Notes: generated by a model from the sequence alone, not told the origin. A stretch of 64,000 bases of DNA from an uncultured Eubacteriales bacterium (GCA_900318405.1 ONKP01000005.1:12162-76161); one strand, 5' to 3'; positions 9,797 through 19,158 are shown, numbered from the stretch's first letter. A program made the numbers and translations.

Positions 9797-11454
9797 CCAA
9801 CCGGATGGAGGATATCTCCGATGTACCCGAGGAGGGTTCGCTGGCGGCCAGATTTACGATCGCCAATCTGTACGCGAGGAAGTATATCAATTACGTCTGC
9901 GGCAGGATTGTGTGTGTAGAGACGCTGAAGGAGTTGAATGATCATCCGAACGGTGCCATTATGCCGGATGGTATGATGGCACAGGGCGTTGTGGCACACA
10001 GAATCGAGCCTGTGGCGGATCAGGTGCTCGGAAGAGATGCGGTGGCCAGGCTGCTGGAGAAGAAGAATAAGGCTTTCGAGGAGGCCGACGGCGATCAGAA
10101 TAATCTGAAGAAGCAGCTGCAGGATGTACAGAAACGGGAACGTGATGTGCAGGAGGAAAACTTCACGCCGTCGCACTTCGATCTCACAGCACCAGCCGTG
10201 CTTCCGAAACTGAAAGAGGATATTCTCCGCAAGACGAAGGAAGTGGAAGCGCTGGAGAAAAATCCTTCGCTGAAGCAGATTATGGATCTTCTGGTCAGAG
10301 CGCAGGAGGATAAGAAGAAGGCGGATCAGGAGTATACGGAGCTGCATACCGAGATCAGCCAGGTCGATACGATGAAGCGCCAGCGCGAAACGGAGCTCGC
10401 TGACGGTCAGCAGGAGGCAAAGATTCTCTTCGAGGCGTATGATCGTCTGACCGCACTGTATCCGCAGGAAAAACAGGCGGCGGATGAGATCAGCCGGCAG
10501 GACATGGAGAAGAACGTCAAGGAGGCATCGCTGCAGCGCCGGTATCAGGAGATCACCGCACAGCACGACAGAACGAAGGATGTGATGTTCAAGGCCATGT
10601 ATGCCTACACGGCGACGCATGACAATTACACGCCTTCCGTCAGCGGTGCGGAAAAATATATCCGGCGCCTTGACGATCTGCGCAACAGAGATCTGGACGA
10701 GGCGGAAAATAAGGTCAGGAGCAAGGAAAAGGCAATCTCCGATACGTTCATGCATGATTTTATTGAGGTAATCTACGCGCGGATCTCAGCCATGCGTGAT
10801 CAGAAGGATGCGATCAACCGGATTCTGACCCGGCATGCCTTCGGGGACAAGACGTATTCCATTGTGATGAAAGAACGGAATTCGACGGATATGGAACCGT
10901 TCTTCTATCTGGCGAGACAACTGGAAAAGATCGGCGGTGCAGATACGCTGGATCTGTATCTGGCTGCCAACCAGTCGCTCATGAGCGAGGGGGATTTTGC
11001 GGATAAATTCGCACAGTTCCGCGATACAGTACTGGAAACATCGGATATGGAGACATTCACTGACTACCGCCAGTATTATTCTTACGATGTGCTGATCCGG
11101 TCGAAGGACGGGCATTCCGCCTATCTGTCCAAATCACAGGGCATATATTCGGGCGGCGGCAAGCAGACACCGTATTTCATTCTTCTCACGGCGGCGCTGA
11201 TGACGAGCTATGGCAGTGAGGGCTGCTGTATCCGGCCGGCTATTATTGATGAGGCGTTTGCGGCACTCGACGGAAACCGTATTCAGAGCATGATCAATTA
11301 TTTTAACGATATGGGACTGCAGGTGTTTTACGCCGCGCCTCCGGAAAAAATGGCGAATATTTCACCGCTCGTCAGTACGACGATCGCTGTTGTCAAGAAG
11401 GGACGGCAGGCGGATATCATCGATGCGCAGGCGGATCTGGATGTGCATGGATAA
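9721..11454 (+). CDS. jetC: Wadjet SMC-like ATPase JetC, C-terminal fragment
   Basis: Frame is open from 9625 (FLAGRRFNIIVEP hinge-like sequence), then coiled coil, ABC signature YSGGGKQ and Walker B IIDEAFAALD. Confidence 0.85.
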   Translation: MEPKDVPAVLQIIHDHHFYHLYLVLTNRMEDISDVPEEGSLAARFTIANLYARKYINYVCGRIVCVETLKELNDHPNGAIMPDGMMAQGVVAHRIEPVADQVLGRDAVARLLEKKNKAFEEADGDQNNLKKQLQDVQKRERDVQEENFTPSHFDLTAPAVLPKLKEDILRKTKEVEALEKNPSLKQIMDLLVRAQEDKKKADQEYTELHTEISQVDTMKRQRETELADGQQEAKILFEAYDRLTALYPQEKQAADEISRQDMEKNVKEASLQRRYQEITAQHDRTKDVMFKAMYAYTATHDNYTPSVSGAEKYIRRLDDLRNRDLDEAENKVRSKEKAISDTFMHDFIEVIYARISAMRDQKDAINRILTRHAFGDKTYSIVMKERNSTDMEPFFYLARQLEKIGGADTLDLYLAANQSLMSEGDFADKFAQFRDTVLETSDMETFTDYRQYYSYDVLIRSKDGHSAYLSKSQGIYSGGGKQTPYFILLTAALMTSYGSEGCCIRPAIIDEAFAALDGNRIQSMINYFNDMGLQVFYAAPPEKMANISPLVSTTIAVVKKGRQADIIDAQADLDVHG

Positions 11455-11462
11455 TTCCCAGG

Positions 11463-11520
11463 TACAGATGCTTCCACCGGCATCTGCGGTCTTGCGGGTT
11501 GGAAGCATCTGTATTTCTGA
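11463..11520. repeat. Hairpin repeat in the jetC-jetD spacer (copy of a dispersed element)
   Basis: 14-bp perfect stem tacagatgcttcca/tggaagcatctgta. About 47 bp are shared with 27844-27891. Confidence 0.75.
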
Positions 11521-11553
11521 AAAACCTTCTTCAATCATCACCGGGATAAAGAA

Positions 11554-12828
11554 GTGTCAATGACACAGGAGAGAGCTTTGCTGGATAAATGGCAGAAGAA
11601 ACTTGCTGAGCTTACGATCGGCGAGTACGAGAAAACAAGTACATATCGCAGAGAAAACACCGTGACGCAGACGATCAGGATTCGCACAGACCGGATCTAT
11701 CCGTCATATTATGATGATATGGCGGATGTGGCTGGCATTGCGGAATTTGAACGATCCATGCGGGAGCTTGCGGAGCGGACGCCGTTTCAAATCGTGTATA
11801 CGGATAAAAAACTGCGGAATGAATTTGCTGCGATGGCCATTCCGGCAGATGCTGTGGAGCCACTGCTGTACGAGCTGACGGGAAGAAAGCCCAGAAGAGA
11901 CATCCATGCCGCGGAAATTCCTCTGTATGAGAAATTTCTTGCATATGCGGAGAGAAATAGTCTGGAACCTGTGGCCGGATTCTGCACAGAGCAGATCAGC
12001 AGGCTGAAGGCGGATAAGAATTCCCGGTATGGAGATGCGGCGGAAGATGTTCTGAAGCTTGCAACGCTTGTCTGTGAAAACAGAGAGGATATCCTCGTGC
12101 GGGAACTGTCTGTCCGGGCTTTTGGTTATACCAAGGAGATGGAACAGCGTTCGCTGCTCAGCCGTGTACTCTATATACTGATCACCTACGGGAAGTATGA
12201 TTTTACAGCTGACGATTTTGACAGCGGCGGAACATATGAAGATGCTGTGCTGGCGGAGTATCACGTATACAGAAATCCCGTATATGTGAATTTCAGCGGA
12301 AATGCGGAGATTCGGTTTGAAAACGGTACGCTGCTTCATCTTAAAGCCGGTGTTCCGGTTGCCCTTCGCTCCGACAGGATCAGCGTTATCACATCTGTAC
12401 ATATCGACGACAGTCGTTATATGACCATTGAAAATCTGACTTCCTATAACCGGATGGTATCGGCGGAGCTGAAGGATACCTTTCTGGTCTACCTGGCGGG
12501 ATATCACAACAAAGTCAAGCAGGACTTTCTGGTCCGCGTCAGGGATGAAAACCCGGGAATTGCGGAATGGCTGCACTTCGGTGACATCGATCCGGACGGT
12601 TTTCTGATTCTGGAAAATCTCAGGGATAGGACGGGCATCGATTTTCGACCATGGCATATGGGGCAGGCGGAGCTTGATCAGTATGCGAAGTTCTGCCGAA
12701 AACTGAATGACAACGACAGGATCAAGGCGGAGCATCTTCTGCAGGAGAATAAGTATACCGGTGTGATCACACAGATGCTGAATAAGGATCAGAAGCTGGA
12801 ACAGGAGATTATCAGCTGGCAGGCGTGA
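11554..12828 (+). CDS. jetD: Wadjet nuclease JetD (TOPRIM, DUF2220-like)
   Basis: TIENLTSY (conserved Glu), VYLAGY, HFGDIDPDGF (DxD) and terminal LEQE motif. Lies after jetC. Confidence 0.88.
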   Translation: MSMTQERALLDKWQKKLAELTIGEYEKTSTYRRENTVTQTIRIRTDRIYPSYYDDMADVAGIAEFERSMRELAERTPFQIVYTDKKLRNEFAAMAIPADAVEPLLYELTGRKPRRDIHAAEIPLYEKFLAYAERNSLEPVAGFCTEQISRLKADKNSRYGDAAEDVLKLATLVCENREDILVRELSVRAFGYTKEMEQRSLLSRVLYILITYGKYDFTADDFDSGGTYEDAVLAEYHVYRNPVYVNFSGNAEIRFENGTLLHLKAGVPVALRSDRISVITSVHIDDSRYMTIENLTSYNRMVSAELKDTFLVYLAGYHNKVKQDFLVRVRDENPGIAEWLHFGDIDPDGFLILENLRDRTGIDFRPWHMGQAELDQYAKFCRKLNDNDRIKAEHLLQENKYTGVITQMLNKDQKLEQEIISWQA

Positions 12829-12915
12829 TCCTTTTTTATATTTTTTAGATAGACAAGCAGTCAAATTCGGTGCAAAATAAAAACATGTTGTTTTATAGTG
12901 AGGGGAACGTAACCG

Positions 12916-14337
12916 ATGATTTTTGCAGATCTGTTTTTTCTGTTTCTGTTTCTGCCGGTTTGTCTGCTGTGCTACTACCAGGCCAGCCGTCTGAAGACAA
13001 GAAACCTTATCCTGATTATTTTTTCACTGATCTTCTATGCCTGGGGAGAACCGCTCTGGGTCTTCCTGCTGATATTCAGCGCATTCTTCAACTGGTTCAT
13101 GGCACTGCAGCTCGAGAAATTCAAGGATGAGCTTCCCGGGAAGATCCTTCTGGCAGTTGCACTCTGCGTGGATCTGGGATTCCTGTTTGTATTTAAATAC
13201 ACGGGTTTCTTTGTGGAGACCATCAATGCAATCTTCCGGACGGGCATACCTGTCCCTTCTATTCGTCTTCCCATCGGTATCAGTTTCTTTACCTTCCAGG
13301 CTATTTCCTATGTACTGGATGTCTACTGGGAGACGGTTCCCGCACAGAAAAAATTCAGACATTTTCTGCTCTATCTGAGCTTCTTCCCACAGCTGATTGC
13401 CGGCCCCATTGTGCGGTATTCGGATGTGGAAAAAGAACTGACAAAGCGTCGTGTCACACCGCAGGATTTCTATGAAGGTTCCACGCGGGTGGTCATCGGT
13501 CTGACCAAAAAAGTGCTGCTGGCCAATAATCTGTATACGATTGTTGAGAACTTTTTCGGCAACGGAATCACCGGTCTGTCCACGCTCGGAACATGGTACA
13601 CGGTCATCATATATTCCATGTATGTATATTTTGACTTCAGCGGCTATTCGGACATGGCGATCGGTATGGGACGCCTTTTCGGATTCCACTTTAACGAGAA
13701 CTTTAATTACCCGTTTATTACCTCCAGTATTGCCGAGTTCTGGAGAAGGTGGCACATATCACTGGGCTCCTTTTTCAGAGATTATCTGCTATATGTGCCG
13801 ATTTTCGGTAAACGCAGACAGTATCTGAACCTGTTTCTCGTCTGGTTCTGTACGGGCATGTGGCATGGCGCGTCCTGGAACTATATCCTCTGGGGACTTT
13901 ATTACGGGTTCTGGATCTTCTTTGAACAGAAGCTTGGGAAGAAGGCCATGAAAAAATGGCCGGTCTGGTTTAAACATCTGTACAGCCTTTTTCTCATCGT
14001 CATCGGATTCGGCATCTTCTATTTCGAGGACTTCGGTCAGCTGGGACAGTTCTTCCTGAACATTACCGGCATCAGCATGATCGTAAATCACAGCGGGTTT
14101 GCAGATCCGGTGACATGGTCTTCGTTACTGAACAACCTGTTTCTGATCGCCCTGGGCGTTGTGGCATGTCTTCCGGTCCTTCCCAGGATCCGGACGTGGT
14201 TCCATGACAACAGGGATACCCGGATTTTCAAGATCGGAAAAATTTCCTGGGTGGTGATCTGCGGTGTTGCACTGGTGATCTGTTCCATCGCACTGGTGGA
14301 TGCGACCAACAATCCGTTCCTGTACTGGAGATTCTGA
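12916..14337 (+). CDS. MBOAT family membrane O-acyltransferase (AlgI/PatA/DltB-like)
   Basis: LPIGISFFTFQAISY, FFPQLIAGPIVR, YFDFSGYSDMAIG, FWRRWHISLG, GMWHG (catalytic His) and C-terminal NPFLYWRF. Confidence 0.95.
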   Translation: MIFADLFFLFLFLPVCLLCYYQASRLKTRNLILIIFSLIFYAWGEPLWVFLLIFSAFFNWFMALQLEKFKDELPGKILLAVALCVDLGFLFVFKYTGFFVETINAIFRTGIPVPSIRLPIGISFFTFQAISYVLDVYWETVPAQKKFRHFLLYLSFFPQLIAGPIVRYSDVEKELTKRRVTPQDFYEGSTRVVIGLTKKVLLANNLYTIVENFFGNGITGLSTLGTWYTVIIYSMYVYFDFSGYSDMAIGMGRLFGFHFNENFNYPFITSSIAEFWRRWHISLGSFFRDYLLYVPIFGKRRQYLNLFLVWFCTGMWHGASWNYILWGLYYGFWIFFEQKLGKKAMKKWPVWFKHLYSLFLIVIGFGIFYFEDFGQLGQFFLNITGISMIVNHSGFADPVTWSSLLNNLFLIALGVVACLPVLPRIRTWFHDNRDTRIFKIGKISWVVICGVALVICSIALVDATNNPFLYWRF

Positions 14338-14401
14338 CAGGACGGCGGCATGCAGAATGATCTTTTCGTAAACAGACTGACATTCGTATTTTCTAAAGAA
14401 A

Positions 14402-15985
14402 GTGTTTCATGATATGGCTGATCTATCGAAGAAACAGAATACATCTGCTGCGCCCGGAAAAGGGGCAGGCTCCGGGGCGGGAGCATTACGCAGAACCGAA
14501 GCAGCTGAGGCAGAAAAACGCACACTGACACGGGAGGAAAGAGCGAAGAGAAGACGGAGACGGCTGGACAACAGACTGTCCACCACAACCATGTTTTTCT
14601 TTATCCTTTTCTGGGCGGCGATCAGTATTTTTCTTCTATTCTTCCCCAGATCGACGGTCTCCAATATTGAAAAAAGGCAGCTGGCAAAGTGGCCGTCTTT
14701 TTCCATCAGCTCTTATTTTTCGGGAGATTACACCTCCGGTATCACGAGCTTTTATGATGACACGGTGCCTTTCCGGGATTTCTTTAAAAATGTAAACAAT
14801 AATATCAAGTCGCTGTTCGGCCTGAAGACAGGCGGAACGGCTCAGATCATCGGCGCGGTACAGAAGGTTGATGACACCCCGGATGCCGGAAATGACGGAG
14901 GGGAGTCTGTTGTGGCTGCAAGCAGCGCATCGGTGGAAGCTGTATCGACGGAGACAACGCGTAATAATGACGGCCAGTCCAAATCTGCTACAGATGAGAA
15001 AAAGGAACAGGCGGACGGAGAACTGAATAACGGATTCCTGATCATTGATTACAAGGGGCACTGGCGCGGACTGCCTCTGTTCCCCGGCGGTACGGGAGAG
15101 GATTTTGTTGACAATGTCAATGAATTCAAAAAGCAGGTAGGGGATGATGTGGCGGTCTATGCGATGCCGGATCCACTTGCCAGTGCTTACTATCTGCCGT
15201 CTAATTACAGTGATTATTCCGCTGATCAGACGGAGTTTATCAACAATATTTTCAAAAATCTGGATGACGATATCATCAAGGTGAATATCATAGACACACT
15301 GAGTCAGCATCAGGACGAGGATATCTATCTCAGGACAGATCATCACTGGACCGCACTCGGCGCATACTATGCGGCACAGGATTTCGCGGAAGCGGCAGGC
15401 GTTCCCTATCCGGCACTGGATTCCGACGCCTATGTCAAAGCGGAGAATGATGGGTACGTAGGTTCGCTGTACGGCTATACGCAGAGCGCGAATCTTTTAA
15501 ATGACCCGGAGACATTTGTGTACTATACACCGACTACGGATTATCAGGCAGACTTCTACACGACCTCCTTCGGTTATAACTATACCGGGAAACTGATGAT
15601 CGAGACGGATACGGCGAATTCCTACATGAAATTTACCGGTACGGACGATCAGATCGTGAAGGTGACGACTTCTGCGGGTACCGGAAGGAAGATGGCTATT
15701 ATCAAGGACAGCTACGGTAATCCGGAGGTGCCGTTCCTTACCAGTTCTTTTGATCAGATCTTCGTCATCGACATGCGGTATTTTGATCTGAATCTGGTGG
15801 ATTTTGTACAGCAGATGGGAATCACGGATGTCCTGTTTTCAGCCAATGTAGATTCTGTGGCAGGAGCGAATGCATCGAATATTGCCACACTGATCACACA
15901 GAATAAGGGAAATCAGATCACTGATGAGGCGCCGGAGACTGCGCTGACCAGAGCAGTTGAGAAGACGGATTCGAAGAAAGGGTGA
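14402..15985 (+). CDS. DHHW-family (AlgJ/AlgX/DltD-like SGNH) membrane-anchored acyltransferase
   Basis: One N-terminal TM helix, EKRQLAKWP motif, RTDHHWT and IIKDSYGN (putative Ser nucleophile). Exact start uncertain (GTG 14402 or ATG 14414). Confidence 0.85.
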   Translation: MFHDMADLSKKQNTSAAPGKGAGSGAGALRRTEAAEAEKRTLTREERAKRRRRRLDNRLSTTTMFFFILFWAAISIFLLFFPRSTVSNIEKRQLAKWPSFSISSYFSGDYTSGITSFYDDTVPFRDFFKNVNNNIKSLFGLKTGGTAQIIGAVQKVDDTPDAGNDGGESVVAASSASVEAVSTETTRNNDGQSKSATDEKKEQADGELNNGFLIIDYKGHWRGLPLFPGGTGEDFVDNVNEFKKQVGDDVAVYAMPDPLASAYYLPSNYSDYSADQTEFINNIFKNLDDDIIKVNIIDTLSQHQDEDIYLRTDHHWTALGAYYAAQDFAEAAGVPYPALDSDAYVKAENDGYVGSLYGYTQSANLLNDPETFVYYTPTTDYQADFYTTSFGYNYTGKLMIETDTANSYMKFTGTDDQIVKVTTSAGTGRKMAIIKDSYGNPEVPFLTSSFDQIFVIDMRYFDLNLVDFVQQMGITDVLFSANVDSVAGANASNIATLITQNKGNQITDEAPETALTRAVEKTDSKKG

Positions 15986-15994
15986 GATCCGAAG

Positions 15995-17770
15995 ATGAAG
16001 GAACTTGTATATCCGTTTGATGCGCCGGGCATCATGAAAAAGAAAAAATCTATCAAACGCAGACTTCTCGCTGCCGGTTCGAACAGACTTGAGAAGAAAA
16101 TTGCAGTGCTTGGGGGATCCACCACCAGTCATATTGTTGATATCCTGGAACTGTTCCTGCTGGATTACGGGATCGCACCGAAGTTTTATGAGTGCGAGTA
16201 TGCGCAGTTTGAGCAGGAGGCACTGTTCCCGAGTGAAGAATTTCTGAACTTTCATCCGGACCTGATTTTCATCCATACATCCAGTCGGAATGTACGGCAG
16301 TTCCCGGAGCTCACGGATGGAAAGGAACAGGTGGAGGAAAAACTGAAGGCAGAGACGGAGCGTTTCCGCACGATCTGGGAAAAGCTCACCGAGACCTTTG
16401 GCTGTCCGATCATTCAGAATAATTTTGAGATGCCGTTTTATCGTCTGATGGGAAACCGGGATGCCAGTGATTATCGGGGCAGACGGCATTTTCTGGAAAG
16501 GCTGAATGAGGCGTTTTACCAGTATGCGGAGAGCCATGATAATTTTTATATCAACGACATGGAGTATCTGGCAGCGGATTACGGCCTGAAGGAGTGGACG
16601 AATCCCTATTACTGGAATATGTACAAATACTGCATGTGCCCTGACGCCATACCGGCGTTTGCTTTTTCCGTGGCACATATTATCAAATCCATCTGGGGCC
16701 GCAACAAAAAGGCACTTGCCCTGGATCTGGACAACACGCTCTGGGGCGGTGTGATCGGAGATGACGGACAGGATGGTATTGACATCGGACAGGAAAACGG
16801 CGTCGCACAGTCCTATTACGAATTTCAGTCCTATCTGAAACAGCTGAAGCCGCTTGGCGTCCTGCTCACTGTCGATTCCAAAAATGAGGAAGAAAATGCC
16901 CGGGAGGGACTTCTTCATCCGGATGGGGTGCTCAAACCGGATGACTTTGTCGTGATCAAAGCAAACTGGGAGAATAAGGACCGCAATCTGCTGCAGATCG
17001 CCTCAGAATTAAATATTCTGCCGGAATCCATCGTGTTTGTGGATGATAATCCGGCGGAGAGAGCCATTGTGGAGGGGCAGATCGACGGCGTTGTCGCGCC
17101 GGTTATGGACAGCGTGGAAAATTACATTACGACACTGGATCGCAATGGATTTTTTGAGGTCACCAGTTTCAGCGAGGATGATCTGAAGCGAAATGATATG
17201 TATAAGGCCAATGCGCTGCGTAACTCGGCCAGAGCTGACTTCGCGGATTACGGGGATTATCTGAAAAGTCTGGAGATGACGGCGACAATCCGTGACTTTG
17301 ATTCGGTGTACCTTGCGAGAATCGCACAGCTGACCAATAAGAGCAACCAGTTTAATCTGACGACAAGACGCTACACGCTGTCGGAGATCGAGGCCATCAG
17401 GGAAAATCCGAATTACATCCGCCTGTATGGAAAACTGGTGGATAAGTTCGGTGACAATGGTGTGGTTTCAGTTGTCATAGGTGAAATTCGCGGAAAAGAG
17501 CTTCACATCGACCTCTGGCTCATGAGCTGCCGTGTCCTGAAACGCGGTATGGAACAGGCGATGCTCGACCAGCTGGTGGAAAAATGTACGGATGCCGGCA
17601 TTGAAACGATTTACGGCTATTATTACCCGACAAAAAAGAATAAAATGGTGAAGGAACTGTATCAGACGTTCGGATTTATCAGGATCTCGGAAAATGAAAA
17701 CGGAGATACTGTCTGGAAGCTGGAAACAGCTGGATATGAGAAGCAGAACCACTATATACAGGTTCAGTGA
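15995..17770 (+). CDS. FkbH-like HAD-IIIC phosphatase / glyceryl-ACP loading enzyme
   Basis: HAD motif I LDLDNTLWGG, motif IV FVDDNPAE, KSNQFNLTTRRY, DKFGDNG and WLMSCRVL (FkbH acyl-carrying Cys). Confidence 0.92.
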   Translation: MKELVYPFDAPGIMKKKKSIKRRLLAAGSNRLEKKIAVLGGSTTSHIVDILELFLLDYGIAPKFYECEYAQFEQEALFPSEEFLNFHPDLIFIHTSSRNVRQFPELTDGKEQVEEKLKAETERFRTIWEKLTETFGCPIIQNNFEMPFYRLMGNRDASDYRGRRHFLERLNEAFYQYAESHDNFYINDMEYLAADYGLKEWTNPYYWNMYKYCMCPDAIPAFAFSVAHIIKSIWGRNKKALALDLDNTLWGGVIGDDGQDGIDIGQENGVAQSYYEFQSYLKQLKPLGVLLTVDSKNEEENAREGLLHPDGVLKPDDFVVIKANWENKDRNLLQIASELNILPESIVFVDDNPAERAIVEGQIDGVVAPVMDSVENYITTLDRNGFFEVTSFSEDDLKRNDMYKANALRNSARADFADYGDYLKSLEMTATIRDFDSVYLARIAQLTNKSNQFNLTTRRYTLSEIEAIRENPNYIRLYGKLVDKFGDNGVVSVVIGEIRGKELHIDLWLMSCRVLKRGMEQAMLDQLVEKCTDAGIETIYGYYYPTKKNKMVKELYQTFGFIRISENENGDTVWKLETAGYEKQNHYIQVQ

Positions 17771-17845
17771 GCTGCGGCGGGAGTTTCCATGTGTTCCGTA
17801 AGTCCGGAAGTGCTTGAAATGGTAACAGTAAAAAAGGAGACAGAG

Positions 17846-18088
17846 ATGACAGAGAAAGAAATTTATACAAGACTGACGCGTGTATTTCAGGATGTGTTTG
17901 ATGATGACACACTGCAGATCAATGGAGAGACTACGGCGGACGATGTGGATGACTGGGACAGCCTGAGTCATATCACGCTGATCGCAGCCGTTGAAAATGA
18001 ATTCGGTATGCGTTTCAAGATGAAGGAAGTCTCAACCATGGCTAATGTTGGCGAGATGGTTGATCTGATCGCAGAACGCGGTCATTGA
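17846..18088 (+). CDS. Acyl carrier protein
   Basis: 80 aa, acidic, DWDSLSH phosphopantetheine site. ATG follows aaggag. Confidence 0.92.
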   Translation: MTEKEIYTRLTRVFQDVFDDDTLQINGETTADDVDDWDSLSHITLIAAVENEFGMRFKMKEVSTMANVGEMVDLIAERGH

Positions 18089-18389
18089 GTGATGAGCGCA
18101 AAAAAAAGATGGAGTTTCTGCTGTCAGATTCGGTACTGTCATCAGAAGGAAGGACAGAAGATGCTGTCAGAGGTGTATCTGCTACGCTTGCTGCCACGGC
18201 TGTCATCGATGTATCTGCCTCGACAGGTTCGCGGCTGCTTTTACTGTGGATGACGACTGCTGAAACGATAATGACTGCCGCACAAAGGCAGATTGCTGCC
18301 AATATCGCTTTTTTTCTCCTGTTGGTGCGGTATTTCATGCGACGACGCAACGGGTTTCTGTCATCAGATTTCTTCTTATGTACCTGCAA
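18042..18389 (-). pseudogene. Short N-terminally anchored protein, possibly a truncated remnant
   Basis: Basic N-terminus, hydrophobic helix (AILAAICLCAAVIIVSAVVI) and Ser/Thr/Asp linker. It then ends inside the antisense strand of the ACP gene. Confidence 0.4.
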
Positions 18390-18648
18390 GTTGATGTTCC
18401 CCCTCTGCTTGCCTCTTCCGCAGCCGGCATCTCAGATAGCACAGCCGCAGGCGGAAAGACGTATATATCAATCGATTTCCATAGCGTTAATATTTTTTGT
18501 CGCCCTAAGGGTAACAAAGGCACAGGTGAAATTCAACCTGTTTTCAATGGCCGGACGGAAATCCCGCGCTTTTTCGATGACCATACCGAGCACCGGGACA
18601 GTGACAGGACTGCTCATAACACCGGAGAGATCAAACAGTCGAAGCACA

Positions 18649-18686
18649 GAAAAAGCGGGTTCCGGCGACGACTCCGGAACCCGCTT
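18649..18686 (-). terminator. Rho-independent terminator of rpsT
   Basis: 13-bp perfect stem aagcgggttccgg/ccggaacccgctt, followed on the minus strand by T5. Confidence 0.8.
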
Positions 18687-18709
18687 ATTAGCTGAATATA
18701 TGAGCTGTA

Positions 18710-18973
18710 TTACTCGATGGAGTTTACAGCTTTGCTCAGTCTGGATACTTTTCTGGATGCGTTGTTCTTGTGGATAACGCCCTTGGAAGCAGCCTTGTCG
18801 ATGGTGGAAGAAGCCTCAAGCAGTGCCTTGGAAGCAGCTTCCTTATCTCCGGACTCTACTGCAGCCTCAACCTTCTTTACAGAAGTCTTAACGGCAGATC
18901 TGATGCCCTGATTATGCTCAGCTCTCTTCTGAGAAATAACAACTCTCTTCTTAGCGGATTTAATGTTAGCCAA
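18710..18973 (-). CDS. rpsT: 30S ribosomal protein S20
   Basis: MANIKSAKKR...KGVIHKNNASRKVSRL. TTG start at 18973 follows RBS ggaggt. Confidence 0.97.
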   Translation of the reverse strand: MANIKSAKKRVVISQKRAEHNQGIRSAVKTSVKKVEAAVESGDKEAASKALLEASSTIDKAASKGVIHKNNASRKVSRLSKAVNSIE

Positions 18974-19056
18974 ACTGTACACCTCCTGTTCATGCGTATT
19001 CTTGTGGACGCGTTCCTTATAGGACGACACTTTTCCACTTCGGAACACGCGAAGTA

Positions 19057-19085
19057 ATACTATCCAATTTCTGAGGGTTTGTCAA
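19057..19085 (-). promoter_or_regulatory. Sigma-A promoter of rpsT
   Basis: On the minus strand: TTGACA, 17 bp, TAGTAT. Confidence 0.75.
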
Positions 19086-19129
19086 TCAAAAATGTGAATT
19101 TCTGCGGATTGATTGAATTGTAACGATTG

Positions 19130-19158
19130 TTGCGCTGACCCGTTCTGACATTTATAAT
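19130..19158 (+). promoter_or_regulatory. Putative sigma-A promoter of the GH2 gene
   Basis: TTGCGC, 17 bp, TATAAT. Confidence 0.55.

Noticed and set aside
5700-18700. Prophage, ICE or IS carrying the Wadjet and MBOAT block
   Set aside because: No integrase, transposase, relaxase, tRNA or clear att direct repeats are visible in the window.
18085-18777. 230-aa plus-strand ORF after the ACP gene
   Set aside because: No RBS or motifs; it spans the rpsT terminator and overlaps two more plausible minus-strand genes.
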